Shown here: positions 60,959 to 64,000 of the stretch, piece by piece
How the letters are laid out: each line of letters starts with the position of its first letter
How positions within the stretch are numbered: the first letter of the stretch is position 1
Origin: Camelus dromedarius
Taxonomy: Eukaryota
NCBI RefSeq assembly: GCF_036321535.1
Contig: NC_087437.1
Span: forward strand, 57,042,001 to 57,106,000
Length of the DNA: 64,000 nt
Direction: 5' to 3'
Translations under genes and position numbers: made by a program
The notes under the pieces: generated by a model
What the model saw: the letters and a program-made list of their open reading frames with translations, nothing else
What the model was told of the DNA's origin: nothing
The model's database searches: none

Positions 60959-61114
60959 TGGTTTATTCTGTATAGCACAGGGAACTGTGTCCAATATCTT
61001 TGATGGAAAAAATAAGAAAACGAATATATGTATGTATATGCGTAACTGGGACATTGTGCTGTACACCAGAAATGGACACATTGTAATTGACTGTACTTCA
61101 ATTAAAAAAAACAG
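60959..61114 (+). mobile_element. ~155-bp camelid-type L1 3' tail with TSD
   Basis: 'ctgtatagcacagggaactgtgtccaatatc...gctgtacaccagaaatggacaca..ttgtaattgactgtacttcaattaaaaaaaa'. TSD aagtgtagatc (60948-60958) / aagtgtaaatc (61115-61125). Confidence 0.88.
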
Positions 61115-62032
61115 AAGTGTAAATCATTTTATGGAGAATTTACATTTTAACAATAATTGAACCTTTCAATCTGTTTACAAAATATATTGTTCTATTTATT
61201 TAGACCTCTTTTAATTTCTCTCAACAATATTGTATAAATTTTATTGTGGAGTTCTTGGTTTTTCTTGTTAAATTTTTCTATTGTAAACAGATTTTTAACG
61301 TATTTTATTTCTATTTACTTGCTGTTAGTATATGCACATGGAAAATATTTTTTATACTAACTGTCTATCTGTAACCTTTTAAAACTCACTCATTGGTTCT
61401 AATTGTTGTTTTGTAGATGTTGGGGTATTTTTTTATATAAGTAAAAATGACATCTCCCAAAAGGGACAGTTTTACTTTATTTCTGAAACTTTTACATTTT
61501 ATTGCTTTTCTTTACATAGTTCAATTGATAGGATCTCCAATACAGTATTGAATAGAAATGGAGAAAGTGAGCTTCTTGGCTTTGTTCTTGATCTGAACCA
61601 ACAAGTTCAGTCTATCACTATAAAGAGTAATGCTAGTGATACGTTTTGGGATGAAGTTCCTACTTTTCCTGTTTTGATAAAAGTTTTTATCGTGAATGAG
61701 TATTGAATTTTGTCAAATGCACATATTAAAATGGTCACTTTTTTCTTTATTCTGGTAATACGGTGAATGATGTGGATTGATTTTTAATTGTTACATCAAT
61801 CTTACATTTCCGGGAGGAAATTTAATTGTTTATATTGTATTATAATTTTGTATATTGTTGAGTTTAATTTTATAACATTTTTAAAAAGATTTTTGTGTCT
61901 ATGTTCATGAGGCATATTGAGTCATAATTACTTTTTGTTTGTAATGTCTTTGTGATATTTTACTCTTAAGTTTATGTTAAATTCATAAAATGATTTGGAC
62001 AGTGACTTCTGTTTTCTGAAAAGGTTTGTAAA

Positions 62033-62534
62033 TGTTGTGGGCACAATGCAGCAAGCAGGTGACAGCCGGTTGGTAGAAGATTTACCAGAGACTGAGAAAA
62101 GTTTAGGAAAGTTTAATAGGCATGCTGCTATAGGCAACAGCGGGCCACACAGGGGAACGTGCAGGGTCTTTTATTGGAGGGAGGGGGCTGTGAACACAAG
62201 GAGTAGGGGGCTGCATGATCAATTCATGCACAGGTCCCTAAATGGTTGTGAGATGTGTCAGGGACTTCTCTGAACAACAGGTTTTACGACTTTAATAAGG
62301 GCAAGATGTGAGACCTGTCGGCCTAGGGTATTGTGAGCCAGGCTATCTTCCGGGGTTGAGTTATGTTAAGGTAAACACACATCAAGAGATGTTTTTTAAA
62401 TCCTGCAGAAATGCAGGTGTGCAAAGTGGTCCTGCAGTGGGGAATGGGGGTTAAGGTGTCAGTGGCTCTAGGCACACAGAGAGCCCAGGAGTGGGGGTTT
62501 TATGATTCCAGAGAGTGCCAGCCAGCTCCATATA
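62033..62534 (-). mobile_element. Solo LTR (ERV class uncertain) inserted in old L1
   Basis: GC-richer ~500-bp block starting tgttgtgg. Host L1 'aaggtttgtaaa|...|tactggcattatttc' rejoins across it. Reverse polyA-like signals 'gtttaat' and 'ttttattgg'. Confidence 0.7.
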
Positions 62535-63127
62535 TAATACTGGCATTATTTCTTTCCTGAATCTTTAATATAATTTATACTTGAAATTATTTGAGCGTGG
62601 AGTTTTATTTGTGTGAAGGTTCTCGATAATGTGATTTTAAAATGTACATATAAAAATATTCACACAGACATTTTTCATTTCATCTAAATTGCTGAATTTG
62701 TTGCTGTAACAGTGTTCATATAATCTTCCTGAATTGTTTGCACAATGATATTCATGTTATTTTCCTATTTCCTTTTAATATCTATAGGAACAGTAGCAAA
62801 CATTGATGAGTTTTGCTTTTTTTTTCTTGATTAGTCTAGGGGATTGTTAATTTTGTTTATCCTTTCAAAGAATCAGGCTTGGGTTTTGTTAATGTCTTAT
62901 TTGTGTTTTCTAGTTTTATTTTATTTCTATTCTTATCTTTTATTATTTCTACCCTTCTACTTACTTTAGTTTTATTTTGGTGTTTTTTTTCCAGCTTCCT
63001 AAAATTGAACCTTGAGTCATTGCTTTTTCATTCGTTTCATACATAACCTTTCTTCCTTTCTAATATAAGCATTTTATCTTCAGCTTCATTCTATTCATTT
63101 TTTTGAAAACTAAATTCAATGCATTTG

Positions 63128-64000
63128 GTTATAATTATAGATTCATGTGTAGTTGCCAGAAATAATACAAAGACATGGATGAACTTGGAGAGCATAATGC
63201 TAAGTGAAAGAAAGCAGACAGAGAAAGACAAATACTGTCGATGTCACTTATATATGGATTCAAAATAAAGTTAACTCATAGAAAGAGAGTAGAATGGTGG
63301 TTTTCAGGGGTTATTGGTGGGGGAAATGGGAGTTGTTGGTCAAAGGGTACAAATTTTGAGTTACAATGTAAAGAAGCTTTGAGGATTTAATGTACAGCAT
63401 GGTGACTAGAGTTAACAATACTGTATTGTATACTTAAAACTTACTAAGAGCAGATCTTAAATGTTCTCACCATACAAACACAAAAGGTAACTATGTGAGG
63501 TGATGGATATGTTGATTATGCAGATATCCCATAATGTGTGCGTATATCAAATCATGACACTATACACTTTAAATAAGTGCAATTTTATTTATTAATTATA
63601 CCTCAATAAAGCTAAAAAAAAAACCAAAAAAGAATTAATATGAAGATATTCTATGTACCTTCACCCAGGTTTCCTCAGTGGTAACATCTTATAAAACTAT
63701 AGTTAGGTAAAGTATTACAACAATGATATAAACACTGATACCCTCTGATACCCTCAAAATACAGAAATTTCCACTACCTCAGTGACTCTTATGTTGCCCT
63801 TTAATAATCACACCCACTTCCCTCCTGCCTCACCTTTCCCACCCCTTCCTTAAACTCTGACAAATACTAATATATTCCCTATTATATAATTTTGTCATTT
63901 CAAAAGTGTTGTATAAATGTAATCATACAGTATATAACATTTGGGAATTGGCTTTTTACTCAGCATAATTCTCTGGAGATACATCTAAGTTGTTGCATGT
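63128..64000 (-). mobile_element. L1MC3/L1MD-type 3' UTR, host of the L1MA9-like insertion, runs off the window
   Basis: 'ataattatagattca...agaaataatac|...|tgtaccttcacccaggtttcc..tggtaacatctt..aaaactatag...ttgtcatttcaa..tgttgtataaatg'. Confidence 0.8.
63174..63630 (+). mobile_element. L1MA9-like 3' end with polyA and TSD
   Basis: 'catggatgaacttggagagcataatgctaagtgaaa...gtacagcatggtgacta...tacctcaataaagctaaaaaaaaa'. TSD agaaataatacaaaga (63158-63173) / agaattaatatgaaga (63631-63646). Confidence 0.9.

Larger units (their letters stand above)
60040..63010 (-). mobile_element. Long old L1 ORF2/3' region (L1MB-L1ME age), split by an L1 tail and an LTR
   Basis: 'gtggttttaatttgc..ctgatgactaatgatgttga...ttggccatttgtgtatcttctt', 'ctccaatacagtattgaatagaaatgg', 'gtttttatcgtgaatgagtattgaattttgtcaaatgc'. 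Confidence 0.8.

Noticed and set aside
1..64000. A novel multi-gene system, operon, CRISPR array or defence island
   Set aside because: The sequence is mammalian non-coding DNA. No long ORFs, no regularly spaced repeats with unique spacers and no gene cluster are visible.

Overview
AT-rich, CpG-poor mammalian genomic DNA, read as intergenic or deep-intronic. I found no host protein-coding exon, rRNA, true tRNA gene or CRISPR array. The only ORFs with a recognisable product are decayed LINE-1 ORF2 fragments. A tRNA-Ala-derived SINE at ~52.5 kb and the youngest L1 3' ends resemble camelid elements, so the source is probably camel, alpaca or llama (inference). Much of the window is transposon relics: MIR and L2, several generations of L1 (including a nested stack at 31.9-36.7 kb with a twin-priming inversion), ERV1/ERVL/MaLR LTRs, an internally deleted ERVL-type provirus and MER5-family hAT MITEs. 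Several repeat-free islands (about 3.1-3.5, 6.4-6.9, 16.2-16.5, 22.3 and 53.3-53.9 kb) carry dense TF motifs or splice-like signals and are candidate regulatory elements. I see no evidence for a new multi-gene system. Repeat family names come from recalled consensus similarity, not a database search, and boundaries are approximate unless a TSD is given.
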